DNA of 64,000 bases from Planctomycetota bacterium. Its GTDB lineage: Bacteria > Planctomycetota > PLA2 > JAEUHO01. Below, in pieces: positions 1 through 8,801 of the stretch. The stretch is from the NCBI GenBank assembly GCA_965222115.1, contig CBDCTJ010000007.1, positions 1,152,001 to 1,216,000 of the forward strand, in the 5' to 3' direction. The notes under the pieces are model-generated. The model had not been told where the DNA came from, searched no databases, and saw only the letters and a list, made by a program, of their open reading frames with translations. Position numbers and translations under genes: made by a program. Within the stretch, counting starts at the first letter, position 1. Each line of letters starts with the position of its first letter.

Positions 1-250
1 TGGGGTACTTACGAATGAAGCGAAGTCGAAGTACTGCTCCGAGTACACAGAGGGCGACAAAGCCGTATGATGCAATCGGGAATTCGCTGTGGAGCGGGGT
101 AGCAAATACCGCGAGGAGTCCAAGCGCCGGGTACGTGAGCATGGCACCTTTGGATCGACGTGCCATTTCGACGTCGGCTTCCCACGCGATACGCGTACGC
201 GCGCTCGCGTCATCGGAGACATACCGGGGGTGGGAGGGTAGGGGCGTCAT
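1..250 (-). CDS. Partial (runs off left edge) membrane protein, possibly the N-terminal sensor region of a signalling protein
   Basis: ATG at 250 opens a frame with no stop to the edge: MTPLPSHPRY...RRSKGAMLTYPALGLLAVFATPLHSEFPIASYGFVALCVLGAVLRLRFIRKYP, with two hydrophobic helices. Not in the ORF track because it is truncated. Confidence 0.55.
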   Translation of the reverse strand, partial: MTPLPSHPRYVSDDASARTRIAWEADVEMARRSKGAMLTYPALGLLAVFATPLHSEFPIASYGFVALCVLGAVLRLRFIRKYP

Positions 251-390
251 GGCGGAGAGTGCCCTGACATTATCGACCGCCTCGAGAGAACTTCTGGACC
301 CCCGTTTGGCATCGAGGGCGAATTCCGCGTCTATGCCAGGTGTGTCTAGCAACGGGCGCAACGCAGCGTGCCAGCGTCGCCAAAAATGAA

Positions 391-423
391 CATCGCGCGC
401 GAGCCGTGGGCTCGCGCGCGATG
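391..423 (-). terminator. Rho-independent terminator-like hairpin downstream of the beta-barrel gene
   Basis: Perfect 15-bp stem CATCGCGCGCGAGCC-gtg-GGCTCGCGCGCGATG, followed on the minus strand by TTCATTTTT. Confidence 0.75.
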
Positions 424-484
424 CGGTTGTTTTGGGTGCTCGCGACTCGTGGTCGATTGACCAATCGCGCGTGCGTGAAGACCC

Positions 485-2182
485 TTAGAAGTTCACTTCA
501 AGTCCCACGAACACGCTGTGGATCAAGAGCTGATCGGTCTCGTGCTGGGCCTGGACGGCACCGCTGTTGGCCTTCGAAAAGTCCATGGCGTCGTTTGCGC
601 GGCTGACACCGTCGAGGAACAACAAGTTGTAGCCCGCGGTGAGCGTAAGACGGTTCGTGATGCGCCAACGTGCACCGATGTCGATGTCGGCACCAAAGAC
701 AACTTCGTCCTCTTCGGAGGTTGCTGTATGCATGCCACCACTGAAGATGTCGTTGTCGGTGACGGTGAGGTCGCGATTCAAGTTACCCGCGAGACCCTTA
801 AGGCTCGCCTGCAACTCGAACGTGGGCGAAAGCTCCCAGTGCATGACCGCACCGATCTGGAGACCGATGAACGTGTTCTCAACGTCACTTGCTACGAACG
901 CGCCGGGGCCGCCAGCGCCAATGCCAGCGATGGGCGCCTGTGCGAAGTCGATGCGCGCCTCTTCATTGAACTGAAGGTAGCGAGCGCCAACGAGCCAGTC
1001 CCAGCGGTAGCAACCGGAGCAGTGCATCTCGGTAATGAAGCTGGCTTCACCGCCAAATGCCTCAGCCTCAGACGAGAACGTGGCGGCAACGGGGTTGCTT
1101 TCACCGATCGGAATGTGACCACCGGCTGCAAACGCGTCGGGGGGCGCGAATCCGAATACGCCCGTGGACGTGATTTCATCGTCCCAGGAGCCATAGTAGG
1201 TGCCGCCCACTTCGATCCACTCAAGCGGTCCGAGGCAGTGCTTTACGAATGCACGACCGCCAAAGGACGGTTCGTAGTCGAGTTGATCCCACTCCCACTG
1301 TTGGGGGTTGCCGAATGCAGGCGTACCCACGAGACCCTCGGGGGAATCGAGGTAGGAGAAAAGGCCTTCCACGCGAATGGTGGTGCAGCCATAGCGGCGT
1401 CCGCAGCGATCGACGGCAAAGCAGCAGTCGTCGCGCTTCTGTCCACATGCGGGCTGGCAGTTGTTGTTGGTGGTACCAACGACATTGCTAGATGGTGCCG
1501 CGGTGCGACGCTGAAGTACGGGGGCGGGCGCTGCAGGCTCGACGGGTGCCGGTGCCACGTAGTTTTCTGCATACGGCGCGGCGTAGGGCATTGCAGGTGC
1601 CGGCATGGGCGCTGGGTAGGCCATGCCGCCATCCATTGGCATGCCACCCATTGGCATACCTTCCATGGGCATCGGATAGCTCTCTACGTATCCGCCGGAC
1701 ATGCCGCCTTCAATGACTGGGGCGCCCTCCATAGGAACCGAAACGGGCGGACTCACTGCGCCATCGGCGGGTGCAGCACCTTCCGGCGGAGGCGCATCTT
1801 CATACGCGCCACTGTAGTACCCACCGTTTGAAGGCGGGGCGGCTGGCGTGCCGGTGTAATAGCCGGGCGTCGTGTTGCCCGACGTGGATCCAGTCGTGGG
1901 GAATCCCGTTGCTGGAACACCCGCTGCAGTTCCTGGTGTAACAGACCCAGGCGACGTGAATACCCCGGAGTTGCCAACACCCGCGCTGGGTGCTGCTACG
2001 CCCGAGTTATCCTCGATGCCAATGCGACCGGTTGGGGAAAGTCCAAGCCCTGAAGAGTCTGCACCTGTGGCATTCTCAGCGGGATTAGGAACACTAAACT
2101 CATCGGCCGATGCCGTCTGCATCGTCGAAAACGCTGCAAGTGCAAACACTGCACAAGCAACTCCTAAGTAGCGAAAACGCAT
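485..2182 (-). CDS. BBP7-like outer-membrane beta-barrel protein with long Pro/Gly-rich N-terminal region
   Basis: Signal peptide from ATG 2182 (MRFRYLGVACAVFALAAF...ASA), low-complexity linker, then amphipathic strands (DWLVGARYLQFNE, ENTFIGLQIG, LTAGYNLLFLDGVSRA) and a C-terminal Phe (GLEVNF). Confidence 0.75.
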   Translation of the reverse strand: MRFRYLGVACAVFALAAFSTMQTASADEFSVPNPAENATGADSSGLGLSPTGRIGIEDNSGVAAPSAGVGNSGVFTSPGSVTPGTAAGVPATGFPTTGSTSGNTTPGYYTGTPAAPPSNGGYYSGAYEDAPPPEGAAPADGAVSPPVSVPMEGAPVIEGGMSGGYVESYPMPMEGMPMGGMPMDGGMAYPAPMPAPAMPYAAPYAENYVAPAPVEPAAPAPVLQRRTAAPSSNVVGTTNNNCQPACGQKRDDCCFAVDRCGRRYGCTTIRVEGLFSYLDSPEGLVGTPAFGNPQQWEWDQLDYEPSFGGRAFVKHCLGPLEWIEVGGTYYGSWDDEITSTGVFGFAPPDAFAAGGHIPIGESNPVAATFSSEAEAFGGEASFITEMHCSGCYRWDWLVGARYLQFNEEARIDFAQAPIAGIGAGGPGAFVASDVENTFIGLQIGAVMHWELSPTFELQASLKGLAGNLNRDLTVTDNDIFSGGMHTATSEEDEVVFGADIDIGARWRITNRLTLTAGYNLLFLDGVSRANDAMDFSKANSGAVQAQHETDQLLIHSVFVGLEVNF

Positions 2183-2457
2183 ACGTATTACCCTCCGTAC
2201 CAACACATACACCGCCGTCGTTTGTAGGTGCAGGTGTAGGCTAAGCTTCTCGGCGCCTCCTCCGCAAGGTTGCCGAACACAAAGTGTAGTTCGGCTAGGC
2301 GACGGTGAACAACAGGTTCCAAGCCCTAGCAATCACGAAAAACGACGGCTTTTTAAGTCGATCTGGACCAAGTAGAAGCACTTTGTATGCAAATTGGGAA
2401 TCAGAATTCCCACATATAGACCTGGTGTTGAATTGTTGTGCAATTGTTGCGCTGTTG

Positions 2458-3477
2458 TCAGTCTACATATCCTCGTAGCGAAGACCATAAGCCACTACAC
2501 AACAAACGGAAGCGGCGAAACGGCAAGTCGCTGCCGATACATATGCGGGGCAGCGTCAGTGGTGGTGTGTGCTTCGTTGCGAGCCCTTCGCTTGTTGTTA
2601 CGGCCCATGGCACGTTCTGTGCGCGCAATACGTCTTGCGCGCGTACATCGAAGTCTTCGGGCCTCCCGTTTGGATAGGCGAATACCGGCGAAACGCCGTC
2701 CGTCTGTGAGCGTATTGTTTCAATACTCTCTACAATTTCTTTATGAACATCTTCCTTACATTCAAGCCGCGAGAGTATTGGATGTGTCATGGTGTGTCCA
2801 CCGAAGCGAATCAAGTCATTTGTGCGGAGTGTCGCAACGTCGCTCCAGTCCATGAGTTGAAAGTGTTCATGGGTTGGCTCGTGCTCCACGTTCAACTCAT
2901 CTTCAAGCTGATGGACCAGCGACGCCCACGTGTGCACCGGTTGCCTCTTGAGTGCGCCGAGACACTTGTGAATTGCTTGCCCGCGAGACGCGTCGCTTTC
3001 GAGCGACAATTCGCCAAGCCCCAGGCATGTCGCATCGACGCGGTTGCGTTTGGATTGGTGTACTGCTAGATACACGCGATCCGGCCACAACACGCGCGAC
3101 GTTCCGATGGCGCCAGCGGCCAGGAAGATGGTTGCCGGTAGATTCAGGTCTCGAAGAACCGGCGCCGCCAACGTCGCATTGTTTCGAAAGCCGTCATCGA
3201 ACGTAATAGCTGCCGCACGCGGAGGCAGCCTGTCATGGGTCATGGCCTCCAGCGCGTCGTCAAGGTGCATGACGTGGTAGCGCTTGGCAATCCATGCAAG
3301 CTGTTGTCGGAAGGCGTGTACGGGAAGCTGATGCCAGCAAAACGGTGTGAGGCGTTCCCGGACCACACCGTGATACATCAAGATCAGTAGCTTGTTCCGA
3401 TTGCGGAAGCGAAACCACCGCTCAGCACCCAGTCCGCACAACAGCGCATCCAGCGTGGCGGCCAGTGCGCGTTTCAT
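2458..3477 (-). CDS. Polysaccharide deacetylase (NodB/CE4 family)
   Basis: ILMYHGV, ITFDDGF, GGHTMTHPIL and FAYPNG motifs; ATG 3477 overlaps the upstream TGA (ATGA). Confidence 0.9.
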   Translation of the reverse strand: MKRALAATLDALLCGLGAERWFRFRNRNKLLILMYHGVVRERLTPFCWHQLPVHAFRQQLAWIAKRYHVMHLDDALEAMTHDRLPPRAAAITFDDGFRNNATLAAPVLRDLNLPATIFLAAGAIGTSRVLWPDRVYLAVHQSKRNRVDATCLGLGELSLESDASRGQAIHKCLGALKRQPVHTWASLVHQLEDELNVEHEPTHEHFQLMDWSDVATLRTNDLIRFGGHTMTHPILSRLECKEDVHKEIVESIETIRSQTDGVSPVFAYPNGRPEDFDVRAQDVLRAQNVPWAVTTSEGLATKHTPPLTLPRICIGSDLPFRRFRLLCSGLWSSLRGYVD

Positions 3478-4715
3478 GCAGCCGCACCGTTTGCGCCCGT
3501 GCGCTGCTCGTGTCGATCCATGGCCGCCATCCATGCGTCGTGCTGTAAGGGCGCAATGACGTCCCACTCGTAGCGTTGCATGACGCGTTCTCGCCCGCGA
3601 GTCATCTGTCGCAGTGCTTCGCCTGGTCCATTCAGCATTTGAACCACGGCGGTTGCAAAAGACGCCGCCTCGTCGGCGCGCGCAATACCGTCGCCGAGCG
3701 CAAGCCCCTCAGCGCCAATTGACGTGGACACAACCGGCGCGTCCATTGCAAGTGCCTCGCAGATTTTTAACCGTGACCCCCCGCCGATGCGCAGGGGCAC
3801 CACGAAGGCAGACGTGGCGGCCATATAAGGACGAACATCCGGCACGCTGCCATGCACAGTGACGCCGTCCTTTGCTTCGGCTTGCTCAACGAGCCAACGG
3901 GGTGGATTGCGACCTACGATCGAAAAGCGCGTTGACGGGCGTACGGTGCTAATCGACGGGTAGACCTCGTTTAGAAACCACACGAGGCCGTCCTGATTCG
4001 GTCGCCAGTCCAATGCGCCAACGAAAAGCATGTTGTCGGGATCACGCTCGGCACCGGGTGGGCGCGCAAAGTAGTTGGCGTTCACGCCGTTGGGGACCAC
4101 CGTAACGTGTGGCTGACCGGTCCACGAAGCGATGCGATCGCCGTCGTGTTCACTCACGGCCGTTACGGCGTCGGCTGCTCCGAGCGCGCGCTCTTCAAAT
4201 CGATGCACCTTCTTGTGCTGCATACCAATGTAGCGTCGCCGTGCAAACGACGTTTCATTCTCGTGGTAGCGCTTCCAAATGTCGGCTTCGATGTTGTGCG
4301 CCGAGATACAGACCGGGACCGTTGCATCTGTGGGCACATTGGCCACCAGCGGCGTCCACTCCACATGAATCAAGTCGGGCTTCAGCGTGTGCAGGGCGTC
4401 GTGGACGGCGCGTTTCATGACCGACGTGCGATGACCCATCACCATGTAGGGCACCGGCAAAAGTACATTGCGGCCAAGGTCCCAGGCAAAGCGCAGGCCG
4501 TGTTTGACCAACGGGCGACGTGGGACTGGAAGGAGTGAGAGTCCGGCGCGCTTGGCTTGGTCGATGGCTTCATCCGGTAGCGGCGACTCGACGTGATAGG
4601 CGAGTGTAATTTCAAACTGGTCGGTAAGCCGCGCGAGCAGTTCCGAGGTGCGAATCCGTTTGCCCGAGTCGGCCGGATACGGCAGCGCTTCGTCTATGAC
4701 CAACACACGTTTCAT
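3474..4715 (-). CDS. Glycosyltransferase family 4 (PEP-CTERM-system sugar transferase type)
   Basis: LPYPADSGKRIR, VVPNGV, FVGALDWRPNQDG, VPLRIGGGSRLKICEALAM and PVVSTSIGAEG. Confidence 0.9.
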   Translation of the reverse strand: MKRVLVIDEALPYPADSGKRIRTSELLARLTDQFEITLAYHVESPLPDEAIDQAKRAGLSLLPVPRRPLVKHGLRFAWDLGRNVLLPVPYMVMGHRTSVMKRAVHDALHTLKPDLIHVEWTPLVANVPTDATVPVCISAHNIEADIWKRYHENETSFARRRYIGMQHKKVHRFEERALGAADAVTAVSEHDGDRIASWTGQPHVTVVPNGVNANYFARPPGAERDPDNMLFVGALDWRPNQDGLVWFLNEVYPSISTVRPSTRFSIVGRNPPRWLVEQAEAKDGVTVHGSVPDVRPYMAATSAFVVPLRIGGGSRLKICEALAMDAPVVSTSIGAEGLALGDGIARADEAASFATAVVQMLNGPGEALRQMTRGRERVMQRYEWDVIAPLQHDAWMAAMDRHEQRTGANGAAA

Positions 4716-6139
4716 GGGGAAGGCGTCTCCGGGGCAATTTCTGTGTCAAGGCGGCAAATGCAGTAGCGCATTTTGCCATTGGGCTCCGGCTGGAGCTGAT
4801 CCACGGCGTGTGTGCGGATCACCACTTCACCTCCGCATGCGTCGTCAATGTGGTCCACAAAATTGTTCAAATCCACGGGCTTGAAGTCGGTGCCTGGCAC
4901 GTAATACAGATCGATCGCGCCGAGCTCTTCTTGGACAATCTGCGCATCCACGATGCCGCCGGCGTCGTGGTGCAATCCACGCACGTCGAGCAGCACGCCC
5001 AACACGCGACGACCGCTTGGCATGATGAACGCGTCTGTCGAGCGCCCCTCCAGCGAAGTCAGCACAGGTCGCGCATCACCGCAAGGGCAGGGTTCGTCCG
5101 AGACACGTCCCCAGTCGCCCACCTCATAGCGAATCAGTGGCATGGCGCGATTGCAGAGGTCCGTGATCAGCAGATTGCCGTCGGCCGCGGTTTCGAGGTA
5201 CACAGTTGGCGTGTTGATGTGCAACTGTCCGTGCGTGCGGCATTCGGCGGCGACCCAACCGACTTCACGGGAGCCGTAGAATGTGGTTACGTCACCTCCA
5301 AAGGCACGCCGAATGCGCAGGCGTTGGTCCTCATACGTGGGTTCGGCCGTGAGTATGACGAGGGGAATCTTGACGCGCTCCCCGCGCGCGATTAGCCAGC
5401 GCGCCATGAGGTCGGCAGCGCTGGGGTAAGCTTGAAGCACTTCCGGGCGGAACCGTTTCAGTCGCTTCACGTATTTTGCGATGAGTTCGTCATCCATGAT
5501 CCCCGCGGGCAAATAGATTGTTCGAAGGATCAAGCGATTGAGCACGAATTGCTTAATGCGCCTCAGCAGCGACCGTGCGCCCTTGGGGAGATCTTGCGCG
5601 GCGCCCCATAGGTAGGCGACGCGATCACCGAGACCCCACCCCATGAGGCGGCGCATCGCTTCGGCCGAAGCGTTCTTGTCACGGATGGCTTCAAGGTTTT
5701 GAAAAAAAGGCGTGGGCGTTGACGTCGTCCCGCCGGTCGCGGCTCGCACAATCACGCGCCTAGGAAACGACGTCGATATGAGTGCCTCGATGTGGTGCCG
5801 TACGTCCGCTTTGCGGAGTCGGGGAAATGATGCAAGCACCCGTTCCGGGTCGCCGTTCGACGCATCTACGCCTCGTTCGCGTAGCGCATAGCGGTAGTAA
5901 GGAACCGTCGTCACCGCATGCAGAAGCATTGACCGCAATGCGTTACGTTGCACGTCGCGCTGTCGGTCGGATGACGATGTCAGCACGTTAGTGAACCGAC
6001 GAACATGCGGATGCCACGTGCCGCCTTGAACAATGCGTTCGTAGAGGGGGCGAACGAACGACCCAAAGAAGTGTCCGCGTCGCGTACGATGGAGCGCGGG
6101 TCCTCTGGCGCGCGCGCGCAATTCTACGTGCTCATGCAT
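4712..6139 (-). CDS. CapK / phenylacetate-CoA-ligase-like adenylate-forming enzyme (copy 1)
   Basis: TGGTTSTP loop, QAYPS, FYGSREVG, MPLIRYEVGD, EGRSTD, NGKMRY. Start is uncertain among 6139/6148/6151. Confidence 0.85.
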   Translation of the reverse strand: MHEHVELRARARGPALHRTRRGHFFGSFVRPLYERIVQGGTWHPHVRRFTNVLTSSSDRQRDVQRNALRSMLLHAVTTVPYYRYALRERGVDASNGDPERVLASFPRLRKADVRHHIEALISTSFPRRVIVRAATGGTTSTPTPFFQNLEAIRDKNASAEAMRRLMGWGLGDRVAYLWGAAQDLPKGARSLLRRIKQFVLNRLILRTIYLPAGIMDDELIAKYVKRLKRFRPEVLQAYPSAADLMARWLIARGERVKIPLVILTAEPTYEDQRLRIRRAFGGDVTTFYGSREVGWVAAECRTHGQLHINTPTVYLETAADGNLLITDLCNRAMPLIRYEVGDWGRVSDEPCPCGDARPVLTSLEGRSTDAFIMPSGRRVLGVLLDVRGLHHDAGGIVDAQIVQEELGAIDLYYVPGTDFKPVDLNNFVDHIDDACGGEVVIRTHAVDQLQPEPNGKMRYCICRLDTEIAPETPSP

Positions 6140-7538
6140 TTCGGGCATCATCAACCGCTGCCACCGGAGGGGGGGGAACAAGACATTTCGCGTATCGCAC
6201 TTTGCCGTTCGAATCCGGCTGCAACCTGACAACTTCGTGCATACGGACATCGACCTCCCCGCCACAAAACGCATGTAGACGGTTGTGGAGGGCCATGCGG
6301 TGGTGCGGTTCGTATCTGGGTCCGGGAACGAAGTAGACATCCAGGGCCGTGAGCTCGCGCTGGACGATTTGGGCATCCAAGATGCCCTGCCCCATATGTG
6401 ATACGCCGCGCACGTCGATTGCACAGCCCAGGACTCGAGTGCCACTCGGCATGATGAACACGTCGGTGGTTCGCCCCGTGAGCGACTTGAGTACCGGACG
6501 GGGATTGCCACACGGGCAGGGTGCGTTGCAGAGGGTGCCCATGTCACCCGTACGATACCGAATGAAGGGCATGGCTCGATTGTGTAGGTCGGTAGCAATC
6601 AGCTCGCCGCGGTCACTTGTCTCCAACCAGACGCCGGCCGTATTGATGTGCAGTCGATGGTGGGTTGGGCATTCTTCCGCAATCCACCCCAATTCCCGGG
6701 AACCATAAAATGTGAGGACGTTCGCGTTGAACTCCCGGGCGACACGCGCGCGCTGGTCCTCAAATATCTGCTCTGCGGTGAGAACCACCAGGGGTACGTT
6801 CAAGCGCCGATCGGCCGCCAAGAGGTACCGGGCAAGCAAGTCGGCGGCGCTTCCGTACGCCTGCATTACGCGCGGGCGAAATGCATCTATCTTTCTGATG
6901 TGTTCTCTCAGTATGGCATCGTCCATGGACGCGGCAGACAGGTACAGCGCGTGATCCACGAGGCGACTCTTAAGTACATGCTTGAGTTGCCGCAGTCCCT
7001 TTCGTGCCCCTTGCGGCAAGTCCTGGGCCGCGCCCCATAGAAACGCCACCCGGTCGTGCCGTTGCCATCCCATGCAAGCACGAAGCGCGTCACTCATCGC
7101 GTTCTTATTTAGAATTGCGTAATCGTCTTGGAAGTAAGGAAGGGGTACTGAAGTCGTTCCCCCGGTTCGAAACTGACGCACGCGGTGGGAAGGGTAGATC
7201 GGCGAGCGCAAATCCTCAGCATGGGCGCGGATATCGAGCCGAGATATCGTCGGCAGCGCGCCGAGCACAAGCTCGGGCGAGTCATGCCACGGATCCACGC
7301 CGGCACGCATCATGCGCAACCCATGCAGCGGGACGTATCGGTACGCGTACTGCAACAAGCTCGCTAAGTCCCGCCGCGCCCTGTGCTGTTGCTCATCGCG
7401 CGAAAGCCGGTATCGGTACTTGTAGCCCGCCACAAGCGAGGACCAACGCGAGCGGTGAAGTAGCGAACCCCAACGCTCCATGCGGCGTATAGCGCGGTCC
7501 CAAGTTTGCCGTTCGCGCTCGTGTACCAGCATGTTCAT
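6132..7538 (-). CDS. CapK / phenylacetate-CoA-ligase-like adenylate-forming enzyme (copy 2)
   Basis: TGGTTSVP, FYGSRELG, MPFIRYRTGD, GRTTD, NGKVRY; ATG 7538 follows the upstream stop at 7541. Confidence 0.85.
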   Translation of the reverse strand: MNMLVHERERQTWDRAIRRMERWGSLLHRSRWSSLVAGYKYRYRLSRDEQQHRARRDLASLLQYAYRYVPLHGLRMMRAGVDPWHDSPELVLGALPTISRLDIRAHAEDLRSPIYPSHRVRQFRTGGTTSVPLPYFQDDYAILNKNAMSDALRACMGWQRHDRVAFLWGAAQDLPQGARKGLRQLKHVLKSRLVDHALYLSAASMDDAILREHIRKIDAFRPRVMQAYGSAADLLARYLLAADRRLNVPLVVLTAEQIFEDQRARVAREFNANVLTFYGSRELGWIAEECPTHHRLHINTAGVWLETSDRGELIATDLHNRAMPFIRYRTGDMGTLCNAPCPCGNPRPVLKSLTGRTTDVFIMPSGTRVLGCAIDVRGVSHMGQGILDAQIVQRELTALDVYFVPGPRYEPHHRMALHNRLHAFCGGEVDVRMHEVVRLQPDSNGKVRYAKCLVPPPPVAAVDDARNA

Positions 7539-7540
7539 CG

Positions 7541-8653
7541 CTAGGCGTCTCTGCTGTCTGTCGCGGCCGGATACGTCGTTATCCACCCCTTGAGGTATCC
7601 CATGCCAAGCCCCGTGTGAGTCACGAAAAACGCCACGGGCAGCAAGGGCAAAAGCGCCCATCCGCGTTTGCTCGCAGTATGGATCGACGCAACCAGCGAA
7701 AGTAGCGCATACAGAGCGTAGGGCGCCACACCTAACCAACGCCATGGCGACGGGAGGAACCATGCCATCGCCACGGCAATCGGTATGCCGAGCACGAAGC
7801 CAAGCGGAATCAGCGACTCGATCTGAAAGGCGGAGCGGTGCTTTCGATGCAGGCGCGCGCGACCGAGGCCGTAGCGATGCATTTGCTTGTAGAGTGCGCG
7901 AAACGAACTACGCGGTTCGTATTCGACCGCCAGCGCGGGACTGGTATAGCAGTCGAGTCCTGCTTGCTCACAGCGGTAGTTGAACTCCACATCTTCACAC
8001 GCGTCAAAACGCGTGTCGAAGTTGCCGACCTTCTCAAACGTACGGCGGTGGTACATGGCCCCCGAACTGGTGGGGGCGACTTTGCGCTCGCTGTTGTCGT
8101 AGATTGTGCTGTGAACACTGTGGCCAAATGGTGATGTGCGTGCCGCGGCAACTGCACGTGCAGTCATTCCGTCTTGGCTTGGCACCAATGGCTGCGGGCG
8201 CGAAAGGCAGTCAGCGCCCGTTCGCTCAAAGAGATCGACCATATCGGCAAGCAGGGTGCGACTGGGTAGGTGGCAATGACCATCGATAATGGCCACGTAG
8301 GTGCCGCGCGAGTGCTCCACGCCGAGCGCACGTGCTGCCGAGGAGAGTCTCTTGGGGTTGTTGAGCACCCGCACGCGCGAATCGCGAGTCGCCACGCGTT
8401 TCACGCGCTCCACGGTGTTGTCGGTGCTCTCTCCATCCACGACCAGGACCTCAAGCGTGAGTGCGCCGAGTTCTTGCGAAAGAACCTCACCGAGCACGGC
8501 TTCGATATGTGCCGCTTCGTTGCGAACCGGCATGACAACCGTGATGTCCACAGGCGTACCATCGGAATTGGCAGCCGGGCTAGACGAAGTCAATGAGGCC
8601 TCGTGGGCGTTTGGTGAAAGGGAGGTGTCAGGCACGGGGCAACGGCTCCGCAT
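7541..8653 (-). CDS. Glycosyltransferase family 2 (ExoA-like)
   Basis: VVMPVRNEAAHI, VVDGESTDNT, IIDGH, GNFD...CEDVEFNYR, QMHRYGLGRARL and C-terminal TM helices. Start may be GTG 8635. Confidence 0.9.
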   Translation of the reverse strand: MRSRCPVPDTSLSPNAHEASLTSSSPAANSDGTPVDITVVMPVRNEAAHIEAVLGEVLSQELGALTLEVLVVDGESTDNTVERVKRVATRDSRVRVLNNPKRLSSAARALGVEHSRGTYVAIIDGHCHLPSRTLLADMVDLFERTGADCLSRPQPLVPSQDGMTARAVAAARTSPFGHSVHSTIYDNSERKVAPTSSGAMYHRRTFEKVGNFDTRFDACEDVEFNYRCEQAGLDCYTSPALAVEYEPRSSFRALYKQMHRYGLGRARLHRKHRSAFQIESLIPLGFVLGIPIAVAMAWFLPSPWRWLGVAPYALYALLSLVASIHTASKRGWALLPLLPVAFFVTHTGLGMGYLKGWITTYPAATDSRDA

Positions 8654-8801
8654 TGGAAATCGACTCCGAAATGGATTCGCCTCCGAATGACGCGTGTCTC
8701 CTTAGAGGATAGGCGATTCGTTGAGGGAATCCCGCTGTTCGGTCGATAGAAGCAGGTAGACCCTCATCGACCATGCTGCCCTGTTCCCTGAGAGTTCCGC
8801 G

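Noticed and set aside
518-1831. 437-aa plus-strand ORF and similar long ORFs (15175-16161, 21780-22631, 22731-23615, 24400-25296, 49811-50656)
   Set aside because: Antisense shadows of well-supported genes in GC-rich DNA; no recognisable motifs.
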